A model generated the notes under the pieces. The model searched no databases, was not told where the DNA came from, and saw only the letters and a list, made by a program, of their open reading frames with translations. A program made the position numbers and the translations under genes. Of a stretch of DNA of 64,000 nucleotides, positions 8,883-17,619 are shown in pieces. Source of the DNA: a virus; IMG/VR virus record IMGVR_UViG_3300048592_001404, positions 6,317 through 70,316 of that record. The stretch is one strand, 5' to 3'. The first letter of the stretch is position 1. Each line of letters begins with the position of its first letter.

Positions 8883-11168
8883 TCAGGTGTTTGCGTATTC
8901 GATCAACTCGGCGACATGGAACGTCTCCGCCGCCGTCGTGGTCGAGCCGACGATCCTCACCGCGTAGTCCGAAACGCTGGTCACGTTGAAGACGCAGGTG
9001 CGCCGGAGCGTGCCGTCGGACTGCACCTGATCTTCGACGGCGTCGGCGGTCTCGGTGCCTGAGAGCGTGGCGCCAGTCAGGAGCGACACCGTGCAGTCGT
9101 GCTTCACCTCGTCATAGCCTTGCAGGTCGATGATGATCTTGATGCTGGTGCTGGGCGAGCCCAGCGTCCGTTTCGTGCCGACCCAGGTGAATGAGGTTTT
9201 GGTGCGGCTCACCGTTGCCTCGGAGACCGCAAGGCCGAACCCCGGCATGAGGTCGGTCGTTCCTGTCAGCACCGCCCGGACCGGCAGGATGGCCGGAAGG
9301 CCTGAGAGGTTCGGGCCATTGGGCGGCGCATCGAGTGCGGCCCACGCGCCGTTGACCTGCACCTCGAAATCCAGCCGGCAGGCCGGCGGCGTGATGGCCT
9401 CGTTCAGGATATCGATGTCGAGGATGCCGCCCGCCAGTTGCAGCGCCGTCAGTTCAACGACCACACGCGGCGCATCGAACTTCGCGAAGTAGAGCTTCAT
9501 CTTCATGTCGGAGACGAGGTTGCCGGCGAAGAAGGCGCCGTCGGTCGACACGAAGAAGGTGCCCTGCACCACGCCGTTGTCGGTGTTGGTCATGGCAACG
9601 TAGTGGTCACCGGTGGTGATGAGCACGATGGCATAGCGGCGGCCCGACTTCAGGTAGGTCGGAACGACCGGCACCATGGTCTCGACCAGCGCCGGGAGTG
9701 CGGCGTTCTGCGCCGTCCCGCCAACCTGGATACCAGCGGCCGGCAGGACGGTCCGCGAGATCACCCGGTTGAGATCGGGCATGCCATAGGCGGTCTCGCA
9801 GACGATGATGTTGACATCGCCGCTTGCCGCCTTGCGCGAGAAGAAGAGGCCGACCTGTGAGAGCCAGCCGTCCTGACTGTTGAGGAACGTCTGCGCGATC
9901 TGCTGCCCGTTGATGCTGGCGGTCGACTTGACGGCATCCCAATAGGGCTCCTCGTAAATGTCCACCCAGAACTGGGTGACGCGGATCCACTGGTGGTTGA
10001 TCGCCGCCTTTGCGCGGTCGACGGCATTGACCTCCCACGTCTCGCCGGTGATGCGGAAGGTGCCGGTGACGGGGTCGTAGCTGCCCTGCCTCCACCACGT
10101 GGAGTTGGTGCAGACCGTGCGCGTGCTGCCATAACGGATGCGCTGGCGCGTCCGGGCAAGCTGGGTGATCGTCGTGGTCTCGAAGGTGTGCTGCGCCAGC
10201 CGGGTCTCGCCATTGTATCCGGCGAGGTTCATGCGGATGCCGTGGATGTGTTTCGGCAGCACGAAGCCGTTGTTCACGGTCACGTAAGGGTTGTTCGGGT
10301 TGAGTAGTGCCAGTGCCGCACTGTTGCTGCCGGCACTTGGGAAGCGGATGCCTTCGCCGACGACGGCATCAAAGCTTGCGTGGGCCGTCTGGCTCCCCAC
10401 AAGGTCGAGGAAGTGATTGCTGCCATAGAAGATATAGGCCGACGGCTTGAAGACCCGCTCGCGCAGCTTCTCGAGCTCGACCAGGACGTCCACGAGATCG
10501 GTCTTCATGGCGTAGAGCTTGAGACGGTCCGCGAGCGCCGCGAGGTCCGTCTTGAGCGTATCGACCTGCCCGCTGATCTGTCCGCGCCAGACCTCGAGAG
10601 CGGTGGTGCGGTTCGAGACGAGCCGGAGGTTCGGCAGCTGCGTCGGCACCCACTGCTCGATCGAGACGATGCCGGACGTGTCGAGCAGGGCGTAGCAGAT
10701 CACGACCACGTTGGCGTCGGTCGGCGGATAGCTCGGATCGGGGCTCTCCGTCCCCGCGACAGCCGAAAGCTCGGCGCGGCGCAGGTTCTCCATGGCGACA
10801 CTCTGCGGCTCGGTCGTGCCGACCTGTGCGTCGATGAGGAAGTCGCGCGGCTGCACGTCGGTATCGACCGACTGCCCGAAGGCGACGATCGCCACGCGCT
10901 TCCTGGTCACCAGCGGCAGGGAATTGAAGACGTCGATGACGACGTTCTCGTTGCGCGCATGGACCTCGCCGCCCGCATAAAGGCGGCCAGCCGACAGCGT
11001 GATCTCGGTCGCTGCGGTCTTCGACGCGGTAAAACCGGAATAGGCCTTGCCGCCATCGATCGCGTCCCTCACCACATGATCGATCGAGGCGCGGGTGAAG
11101 TCCTGCATGTTGTTGAGGTCGGCGGACTGCAACTCCTGCCGGTCCCTGAAGATTACCTGGCTTTCCAC
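8883..11168 (-). CDS. Large baseplate wedge/tail fibre-associated protein (DUF4815-like)
   Basis: 761 aa after gpI; IAQTF...VGLFFSRK motif, beta-rich. Confidence 0.7.
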   Translation of the reverse strand: MESQVIFRDRQELQSADLNNMQDFTRASIDHVVRDAIDGGKAYSGFTASKTAATEITLSAGRLYAGGEVHARNENVVIDVFNSLPLVTRKRVAIVAFGQSVDTDVQPRDFLIDAQVGTTEPQSVAMENLRRAELSAVAGTESPDPSYPPTDANVVVICYALLDTSGIVSIEQWVPTQLPNLRLVSNRTTALEVWRGQISGQVDTLKTDLAALADRLKLYAMKTDLVDVLVELEKLRERVFKPSAYIFYGSNHFLDLVGSQTAHASFDAVVGEGIRFPSAGSNSAALALLNPNNPYVTVNNGFVLPKHIHGIRMNLAGYNGETRLAQHTFETTTITQLARTRQRIRYGSTRTVCTNSTWWRQGSYDPVTGTFRITGETWEVNAVDRAKAAINHQWIRVTQFWVDIYEEPYWDAVKSTASINGQQIAQTFLNSQDGWLSQVGLFFSRKAASGDVNIIVCETAYGMPDLNRVISRTVLPAAGIQVGGTAQNAALPALVETMVPVVPTYLKSGRRYAIVLITTGDHYVAMTNTDNGVVQGTFFVSTDGAFFAGNLVSDMKMKLYFAKFDAPRVVVELTALQLAGGILDIDILNEAITPPACRLDFEVQVNGAWAALDAPPNGPNLSGLPAILPVRAVLTGTTDLMPGFGLAVSEATVSRTKTSFTWVGTKRTLGSPSTSIKIIIDLQGYDEVKHDCTVSLLTGATLSGTETADAVEDQVQSDGTLRRTCVFNVTSVSDYAVRIVGSTTTAAETFHVAELIEYANT

Positions 11169-11181
11169 GACGTGATTCCTT

Positions 11182-12450
11182 CTATGCCTCGATAAAGCGT
11201 CCGAGTGTCACCGTTCCGACCTTGAGGCGGTCGCCCGCACGCGGGAAACGCCAGGTCCTGGTGTCGAGCAGGACCCTGTCCCGGAGAGATTTTGAGACGC
11301 GGACCGCCTCGCGGACCCGACCGATTGGCCTGCGGTCGCCCGTCATCAGATAGCCGTTGACGAAGGGTCCTGCCGTGCGCGGGGCAAGCCTGCCCTTGAT
11401 CCGCGTGCGGATCTCGGCGTGATACGGCGGCATCCCAAGCCGCGTGAACCCGAGGTGCGTCGAGCGGATGCGGACGTCGGGGACCCGGGCAGGATCGTGA
11501 ACATGCCAGCGCTCGTAGATGAAGCGCCACGAGATCGTCGGCGGCAGATGCTTGCCTTGGATGAACTGCCGGCGCGCCGCGTAGAGCGCTGTGGGCTGAC
11601 CCTCGTGCTGCTCCGCGATGTGTTGCGGCCGCACGTCGATCAGGTCCGCATCGGGCCAGGTTGTCGTATAGGTCTCGCGGCCCAGACGATAGCTGTAGCT
11701 GGCATCGCGCGGGATGCGGATCAGGCGCTGCGCCACCCCGAAATCGTCCACCAGAAACGCCCTCGCCTTCGGTGGCGCATCGAGATGCAGCGCCCGGGTC
11801 GGCTTAGCTCCCAGGACCACTTCGTCGAAGGCGGCGGCGTGGAACCGTCCGACGCCTTCGGGCGTCACGGCGCGGATGGTGAGCGTCGTTTCCTCGCCCC
11901 GGTCCCAGAGTTTTGCCGTACGGATGAACCTCGACCACGCGCCGACGTCCTTGATGTTCGAGGCATCGAGAAAGGCCTTCGATCTGCCAAAGGCCGCCGA
12001 CGTGAAATGCGCGAACTGGTACGTGCCCCGCGTCACAAAAGGATAGATGCGCAGCTGCGGAAACCGCGCGAGGAAGGCTTGCCGTTCCTCCTCCGTGAAG
12101 CCCTCCATCATGAAAGTCTTGGCCGGTGGAACGATGAAGCGGCGAGGGTCCGCACCCATGATGCGGATGTGCTCCGCAATCGACGCCTGTGTGCCTTTGC
12201 GAGCATGCATCGGGAGCGAGCGCGCGGCGAGCGTGCGATGCGTGTCCTCTGACCACTCCTTCTCCCAGAGATCCACCGACAGGCCCCAGGCCAGCCATGC
12301 AAGATGCGTGGCCGGGATCTCCCATGGCCGCACCAGTTCCGGGATATCGACGGCGAGCTCATCGATCCGCGCGCCCGTGAGGTCGAAGGCCTTCTCGAAG
12401 GCCGTGTGGTTGGGGGGCAGCAGGGTCTGCCTGGTCATACCGTCACTCAT
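11182..12450 (-). CDS. Phage tail protein I (P2 gpI-like, extended)
   Basis: LLPPNHTAFEKA...LAWLAWGLSVDLW...HARKGT motifs. Confidence 0.88.
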   Translation of the reverse strand: MSDGMTRQTLLPPNHTAFEKAFDLTGARIDELAVDIPELVRPWEIPATHLAWLAWGLSVDLWEKEWSEDTHRTLAARSLPMHARKGTQASIAEHIRIMGADPRRFIVPPAKTFMMEGFTEEERQAFLARFPQLRIYPFVTRGTYQFAHFTSAAFGRSKAFLDASNIKDVGAWSRFIRTAKLWDRGEETTLTIRAVTPEGVGRFHAAAFDEVVLGAKPTRALHLDAPPKARAFLVDDFGVAQRLIRIPRDASYSYRLGRETYTTTWPDADLIDVRPQHIAEQHEGQPTALYAARRQFIQGKHLPPTISWRFIYERWHVHDPARVPDVRIRSTHLGFTRLGMPPYHAEIRTRIKGRLAPRTAGPFVNGYLMTGDRRPIGRVREAVRVSKSLRDRVLLDTRTWRFPRAGDRLKVGTVTLGRFIEA

Positions 12451-13303
12451 CGCGGATAGAACTGACGGTCACTTCGATGGCCTCGACCGCGTAGACCTCG
12501 GTCACATCAAGAACCAGATCCTCCGCCGGGGAGACAAGGTCGACCGAATGGACGCCTTCCTGATGCAGCGCCGCATAGAGCGCCGATCGCCGAAGGTTCA
12601 TGCCGAGCATGCGGTTCTTCTCCACCCATGAGGTGACGGCGGCGAGCGCCCGCTGCCGCACCACTTGCGCATCAGGGCCGGGGTAAAGGGTCAGCTTCGC
12701 AGCGACCCGCGTGCGCCGGATGACGGGCGCCAGCACCTCCACCACATCGGTGAGCGGGCGGATCGCTTCGTTACCCAGTTGAAGCCTTACGGCCTCACGC
12801 TCCGCGAGCGTGGGTATGGGGTCGGCGCCCTCCTTCAGAACGGTGACGCGCACCACGCCGGGACGGCGCGAAACCGCTGAGACATCCCGCGCCCACGGCG
12901 CCACCGTCAGCGCATGATACTGATAGGCGCCCTCTGGCCCCGCGACCGAGAAGGCCTCCGGCGCTAGCTGGATCCGGCGGCGGAACCTGTCGTCCGTCTC
13001 GCCAGCCTGCCGCGCCGTGGCGAACAGCGCACCGAGATGATCGAGGTTCGTACCATATGAAGAGGCGAGCAGCACGGCCCTTGCCGCATCGTTGATGCGC
13101 GCGCGGAGACCCATCTCCCGGTAGGCGAAAGCCTCGATGAGCTTCCGCGCCGGCTCGCTCTCGAGGTCGATCACGCCCGCGATGAGCGGAAAGCGTTCCA
13201 CCAGATCGTTCTGCATCGCGGTAACGATCGCCTCGTAGTCCAGTGTCTCGATGATGTCGGGGGGTGCCAGCCCTGAGAGATCGATGGCGGTGAAGCGGCT
13301 CAT
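12443..13303 (-). CDS. Baseplate J protein
   Basis: IDLSGLAPPDIIETLDYEAI...ETDDRFRRRIQLAPEAFSVAGPEGAY; start trimmed to ATG overlapping gpW stop. Confidence 0.92.
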   Translation of the reverse strand: MSRFTAIDLSGLAPPDIIETLDYEAIVTAMQNDLVERFPLIAGVIDLESEPARKLIEAFAYREMGLRARINDAARAVLLASSYGTNLDHLGALFATARQAGETDDRFRRRIQLAPEAFSVAGPEGAYQYHALTVAPWARDVSAVSRRPGVVRVTVLKEGADPIPTLAEREAVRLQLGNEAIRPLTDVVEVLAPVIRRTRVAAKLTLYPGPDAQVVRQRALAAVTSWVEKNRMLGMNLRRSALYAALHQEGVHSVDLVSPAEDLVLDVTEVYAVEAIEVTVSSIRDE

Positions 13304-13722
13304 TGCGACAGCCTCTCCTCGATCAGCAGGCCGTCCGGATTGGTGTAGGCGTCGAGCCGCCTGGCACCCGCCGCCGTAAAATCCCCGTAAACGGCGCGCG
13401 GCCGGTACTCGCCCTCGAGAAACACATGAAGCTGCCCGTCGCGCGTCACTTTGACGGCCTCGATGCGGGTCACCCGGAAGCGCGGTTCCCACTGCTCGAT
13501 GGCCGAGGTGATTGCCGCGAAGTAGGGCACCACCTCGTCTGGCGTGATCAGACGTCCCAGCAGGTTCGGGACGAAGGAGCCGTACCACTCGCGCATGATG
13601 CGCGAGCCGAAGCGGGTGTCGAATATGTCCCGGAGCGACTGGATCACATGCTCCCAGCCAGTCAGGATGCCACCGGTCGTTGCGTCGAGGCCGACAGAGG
13701 GATCACGGAGATTGACGCTCAT
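13300..13722 (-). CDS. Baseplate wedge protein W (GPW/gp25)
   Basis: EHVIQSLRDIFDTRFGSRIMREWYGS...AIEQWEPR. Confidence 0.92.
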   Translation of the reverse strand: MSVNLRDPSVGLDATTGGILTGWEHVIQSLRDIFDTRFGSRIMREWYGSFVPNLLGRLITPDEVVPYFAAITSAIEQWEPRFRVTRIEAVKVTRDGQLHVFLEGEYRPRAVYGDFTAAGARRLDAYTNPDGLLIEERLSQ

Positions 13723-15281
13723 GTCTCCGCTCCGTCATTCCCGGCTTCCACCATCGCCCTGATGCGCTCGCCGATCCAGCGCATGACGTTGACCGCCATG
13801 GAATTGCCGAGCGCCCGGTAGCGCGGGCCGTCGGGGCAGTCTTCCGCCGGTTTCTTCTTCCACGGGATGCGGGTGTGTCCTCGTGCAAAGCCTTGCAGGA
13901 ATTCCGCCTCTTCGCAGGTCAAACGACGCACCAGCATTGGCAACGCCACGCAGGGCGCGGTATCGCCCTTCCCCGTCTCACCCGACATGGTGAGGGCGTT
14001 GACAAGGTGTCCCATGTCGCCCCGACCGTTGCGAGCGATCCTTGGCTGAAAGGCATAGGCCGCAACACCGTGCTGTGCAGCGGCCTGAAGTGTGTACATG
14101 GGGTCGCCATCATCGCCGATGCCAAGCCCGGCGCGCCGGTCGCCGGTCGAAGACGGTCCGGTGCGCTTGCCCACTTCGAGCAATGGCACCGCAACCGCCA
14201 TCTGCCCGCCGCCGTTGGCGTGGCTCTTATCATGCGGCATGGCCCTGAGCGTGGGCGAAAGATCTTCCGTTGCATCGGCGCCATGATCCTTGGCCGAGAA
14301 GGCCACGGGCACCAGCGGCGTACCTCGGCCCGTGCCATCTTCCGATGCATCGAACCCCTCGCCACGCAGCGCATGCGTGACCAGCGTCTCGGTCTCATAA
14401 TCCTGCCTTCCCATGCCGCCGGCGTTAAGGCAGTGGGAGATATCGCCGGTCGAAGCCTCACCGACGAGCCCCGCGCCGCGCTGACTGAACAGTTCCTGAT
14501 TGCTGTAGCCGATGGCCCCAGTGTTGAAGGACTGATTGAGCGTCGGATGGGGGTGCTCTACGCCGTCCCAGTGGCTGCGACGCTCGTCAGGGCCTGATTG
14601 AGGGCAAGCGGCAGCGTCTTGCCGCGTTTCGCGGCGCGGCGGAGAATCCCGGCGCAGGCCTTCGAACTCAAGAAGAACCGCCGCGGGATCGATCCCCTCT
14701 CGAGCACTTGCGACAACGAACACACGACGGCGGCGTTGGGCCAGTGCGAAATATTGGGCATCGAGGATTCGCCACGCGACTGCGCGCGCGGGTCCAAGAG
14801 CCACACCCGCGTTCGTCCATTTTCCCCGTGGCGGAACGAAGGGGGTGTCCTCTCCAGAAAGGCCCGAGACGAAGCAGCCGAAGGCATTGTCGCGGACCGA
14901 GAGGACGCCGGGCACGTTCTCCCAGACGACGATGCAGGGCGGCAGTCCACACTCGGCGCGGCGTTGATCGATGGCATCGGCAAGCCTCAGAAATTCGAGG
15001 GTGAGGTTTCCACGGGCGTCATCAAGAGAGCGACGAAGGCCCGCGATCGAAAAGCCCTGGCATGGCGTACCGCCCACCAGGATGTCGGCCCCGGCGATCC
15101 AGTCCTCGTCGCGCAGCAGCGTGAAATCGCCATGGAGCGGCACGTCCGGGTAATGGTGAGTGAGCACCGCCCGGGCGAAAGGCTCGATCTCGGAGAAGGC
15201 CAGCGGCCGGAAGCCCAGCGGATGCCAGGCGACCGTCGCCGCCTCGATCCCTGAGCAGACGGACAGATAGCTCAGGCTCAA
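13719..15281 (-). CDS. C5 DNA cytosine methyltransferase (main/alpha chain)
   Basis: Motif I SVCSGIEA, IV GGTPCQGFS, VI WENVPG, VIII QRRRRVF, IX RRLTCEE..LQGF, X YRALGNS. Confidence 0.93.
   Translation of the reverse strand: MSLSYLSVCSGIEAATVAWHPLGFRPLAFSEIEPFARAVLTHHYPDVPLHGDFTLLRDEDWIAGADILVGGTPCQGFSIAGLRRSLDDARGNLTLEFLRLADAIDQRRAECGLPPCIVVWENVPGVLSVRDNAFGCFVSGLSGEDTPFVPPRGKWTNAGVALGPARAVAWRILDAQYFALAQRRRRVFVVASAREGIDPAAVLLEFEGLRRDSPPRRETRQDAAACPQSGPDERRSHWDGVEHPHPTLNQSFNTGAIGYSNQELFSQRGAGLVGEASTGDISHCLNAGGMGRQDYETETLVTHALRGEGFDASEDGTGRGTPLVPVAFSAKDHGADATEDLSPTLRAMPHDKSHANGGGQMAVAVPLLEVGKRTGPSSTGDRRAGLGIGDDGDPMYTLQAAAQHGVAAYAFQPRIARNGRGDMGHLVNALTMSGETGKGDTAPCVALPMLVRRLTCEEAEFLQGFARGHTRIPWKKKPAEDCPDGPRYRALGNSMAVNVMRWIGERIRAMVEAGNDGAET
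14558..14983 (-). CDS. Overlapping out-of-frame ORF, M.EcoHK31I beta-polypeptide-like
   Basis: +1 frame inside the MTase; C-terminal SLSQVLERGSIPRRFFLSSKACAGILRRAAKRGKTLP resembles beta subunits of split C5 MTases; start uncertain. Confidence 0.7.
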   Translation of the reverse strand: MPMPSINAAPSVDCRPASSSGRTCPASSRSATMPSAASSRAFLERTPPSFRHGENGRTRVWLLDPRAQSRGESSMPNISHWPNAAVVCSLSQVLERGSIPRRFFLSSKACAGILRRAAKRGKTLPLALNQALTSVAATGTA

Positions 15282-15559
15282 GTGGCGGACCGCCTAGGCT
15301 TGCGGGACGACGCCTGGGAATCGGTTTTCTGCTCACTGACCGGCGCGGTCGGGAGTTCAGGCGGAGCCGCGACAATGACAGGCGCGACATCGGGCGTGCC
15401 GGTGGCGCTCTGATCAGGGTCGGGCAGTCGGACGAGAGTACCAAGCCGCAACTCATGCTCGGCCTGGCGCTCGGTGAGGTCGAGAACAGTCCCGACCCCG
15501 GCATTGCGATGGGCCGCGACGAAGGAGCCTGCCCTCTCGGTGATGGCGTAGCGTGGCAT
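15278..15559 (-). CDS. Hypothetical protein
   Basis: 93 aa, GAGG RBS, stop overlaps the MTase TTG start. Confidence 0.75.
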   Translation of the reverse strand: MPRYAITERAGSFVAAHRNAGVGTVLDLTERQAEHELRLGTLVRLPDPDQSATGTPDVAPVIVAAPPELPTAPVSEQKTDSQASSRKPRRSAT

Positions 15560-15687
15560 GTCATACCTCGGTGATTAGAAGATGATGTGATGCGGGGAGC
15601 GGATAGCGACCGCAGACAAGGTTTTTCTCCGCACGATCAGCGGAGATTTATTCCCGGTATTCTCCGCACCGGCAGCCGTGACGGATG

Positions 15688-16266
15688 TCAATTCGCCGGC
15701 ACGTCGGTCAGCCCGCCGCCGGGCACCACGCCGCCATGGATGTGTGTGGACCCAATGTTCTTGCCGTTATGCGTGACCTTGCCGCCGGTGATGGCCACGC
15801 CGGTATCGCTCACTTCAATGTTGACGCCGCCAACCTTGATCGTCACGGCGGCGGACGTGAGTTTCAGGGTAGCGGTGCCAACAACGACCTGGCAGAGGTC
15901 GTCTTTCAGTGTTGCATAGACGTTTCCATAGGTAAGGACGTTCTCGTCGGCTTTGGACGACGGAGATTTATTCTGGTCGCTCCATGTCATCGGCAGCGCC
16001 ACGGCCTGCTGCCAGTCGCCATTGGGCGAGAGTGCGGTGAACTGCTGACCCTTCGAGGGCGGTGTGTGAACCTTCAGCGCCCCCGCGATCTGGGCGTAGG
16101 GCACCCAGGGTGACAGGAAGGGCTTGCCCTCGACATCCTTGCCGAAGTTCAGCCGAACGCGCTGTTTGCCAGGATCGACCTCCTCGACCGTTCCGTGGCG
16201 CATGACGCCCGAGAAGCGGCGCTCCAGTTCTGCGATACGGGCGGCAAGCTCGACCACCTCACGCAT
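15688..16266 (-). CDS. Baseplate spike protein V
   Basis: OB-fold N-terminus (RHGTVEEVD...SPWVP...PPSKGQQ) and C-terminal HIHGGV metal tip. Confidence 0.92.
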   Translation of the reverse strand: MREVVELAARIAELERRFSGVMRHGTVEEVDPGKQRVRLNFGKDVEGKPFLSPWVPYAQIAGALKVHTPPSKGQQFTALSPNGDWQQAVALPMTWSDQNKSPSSKADENVLTYGNVYATLKDDLCQVVVGTATLKLTSAAVTIKVGGVNIEVSDTGVAITGGKVTHNGKNIGSTHIHGGVVPGGGLTDVPAN

Positions 16267-17068
16267 CGGCGATGCGGGCCAGCGAAGTGTGGTGGTTCAC
16301 CACGACAGGATCGGGCGCACCCGCGACCTCCGCTTCCTCGAACATCTGCGGATCCTCTGACAAATCCAGCATGGGTCCGAGGCCAATCGCATCTGCGGTT
16401 TCCAGATGAATGCCCAGCATGTTGGCCGCACGGCGCCAGTCGGCGAGTGGCGCACCTTCGATTTCAGCGCGCAGCATTTGAGCGATGGGCGCCAGATCGG
16501 TGTCCTCTTCCATCGCGGACAGCAAATCCGCCCATGCCGTGCCGTCACCGATCGCAGCACCATTGGTGGGCGGCTCGATCAGGTCGCAGGTCAGCACGAT
16601 CTGCCGCGCGGCAAAGCGCACACCCTTCTCGACCGAGGCGCCGCGCCGCGACAGGCGGCGCGAGATGCGCGGCACGAGTTTCATCCAGACGCGCGACCAG
16701 TCACAGCGCTCGCGGGTCAGCGCCTCCATGACCTGATGCTCCATCATGTCAAGCGCGAGTTCCATGCCCTCATCGGTGTGCGGGATGGCAATCATAGTCT
16801 CACCATCCTCCCCCGCCTGAAACTCGACCCGCGCCGCGATGGCAGCCTCGATAACAAGATCACAGGACACATTTCCGTGGAACAGATCGCGCCCCGTAAC
16901 CTCCATCTCGTGATCGTCGGTGGTGACAATCAGGATGGGCTGGCGTTCTTCCGCAACGGTCTGGTCGATGGGCGCGATGGCACTGTCATAGACGCGCGCT
17001 TCCGCCAGTGTTGCACCACGCAAGCAGCGTGCCGCAGCAATACGCATGGCAAGACGGGCGAGGCTCAT
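16259..17068 (-). CDS. Hypothetical virion protein (tail completion/terminator-like)
   Basis: 269 aa between head-tail joining gene and gpV. Confidence 0.65.
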   Translation of the reverse strand: MSLARLAMRIAAARCLRGATLAEARVYDSAIAPIDQTVAEERQPILIVTTDDHEMEVTGRDLFHGNVSCDLVIEAAIAARVEFQAGEDGETMIAIPHTDEGMELALDMMEHQVMEALTRERCDWSRVWMKLVPRISRRLSRRGASVEKGVRFAARQIVLTCDLIEPPTNGAAIGDGTAWADLLSAMEEDTDLAPIAQMLRAEIEGAPLADWRRAANMLGIHLETADAIGLGPMLDLSEDPQMFEEAEVAGAPDPVVVNHHTSLARIADA

Positions 17069-17104
17069 GCCGAAACATCCTTGCTGCTGGAAACGTCAGA
17101 CTGG

Positions 17105-17187
17105 AAACCGTTCCCGAGCGGAACGGTTTTGCCGGAGGGCAACTTCCTGGGGTACTGGGGGCATGTTCCGGTCGGGAACATGCCCCC
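17105..17187. repeat. Twin hairpins sharing GTTCC-N5-GGAAC core
   Basis: AAACCGTTCC-CGAGC-GGAACGGTTT (17105-17129) and GGGGGCATGTTCC-GGTCG-GGAACATGCCCCC (17157-17187). Confidence 0.85.
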
Positions 17188-17201
17188 TGCAGTGCTCAAG
17201 T

Positions 17202-17618
17202 TCATTCCGCAACATCCTCCCGGACCAGAAGAAGGTTGAGATCTCCCATGCTGGTCGGATGAACGGCGGCAATAGCGAAGGATGGGCTTCCACATCGCGC
17301 CGGCAATCTCAGAAGATCACCCTTGGCTGGCCGGAACCCAAGTTCGGCAACCTGAGCAGAGCCGATCCAGAACGCACTCTGCTCAGCGACGATACGCGTC
17401 GTGCCGGTGAACTCCCCGCCCCGGCTCTGCCCCCGGAGATCGGACGGCGCGGCCAGAGATGAGAAGATGCCCCTGACCTTCACCGCCATCCGGTCGGCAT
17501 CGGCTGCTGACTCGACATATTGTGACGCATGCCTTGGGACGAGAACCGCCTCCTCGCCGAAGGATGCAAGCGCCGCCGAGGAGGCCAGCGCGTCGAAGTC
17601 ATCGAAGGCTGACGTCAC
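17202..17618 (-). CDS. Head-tail joining protein (lambda FII-like)
   Basis: 138 aa right after major capsid; PAKGDLL motif. Confidence 0.65.
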   Translation of the reverse strand: MTSAFDDFDALASSAALASFGEEAVLVPRHASQYVESAADADRMAVKVRGIFSSLAAPSDLRGQSRGGEFTGTTRIVAEQSAFWIGSAQVAELGFRPAKGDLLRLPARCGSPSFAIAAVHPTSMGDLNLLLVREDVAE

Positions 17619-17619
17619 C

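Noticed and set aside
17105-17187. Alphaproteobacterial LexA boxes
   Set aside because: The cores are inverted GTTC-N7-GAAC, not the direct GTTC-N7-GTTC repeat; no SOS box was found near the early genes either.
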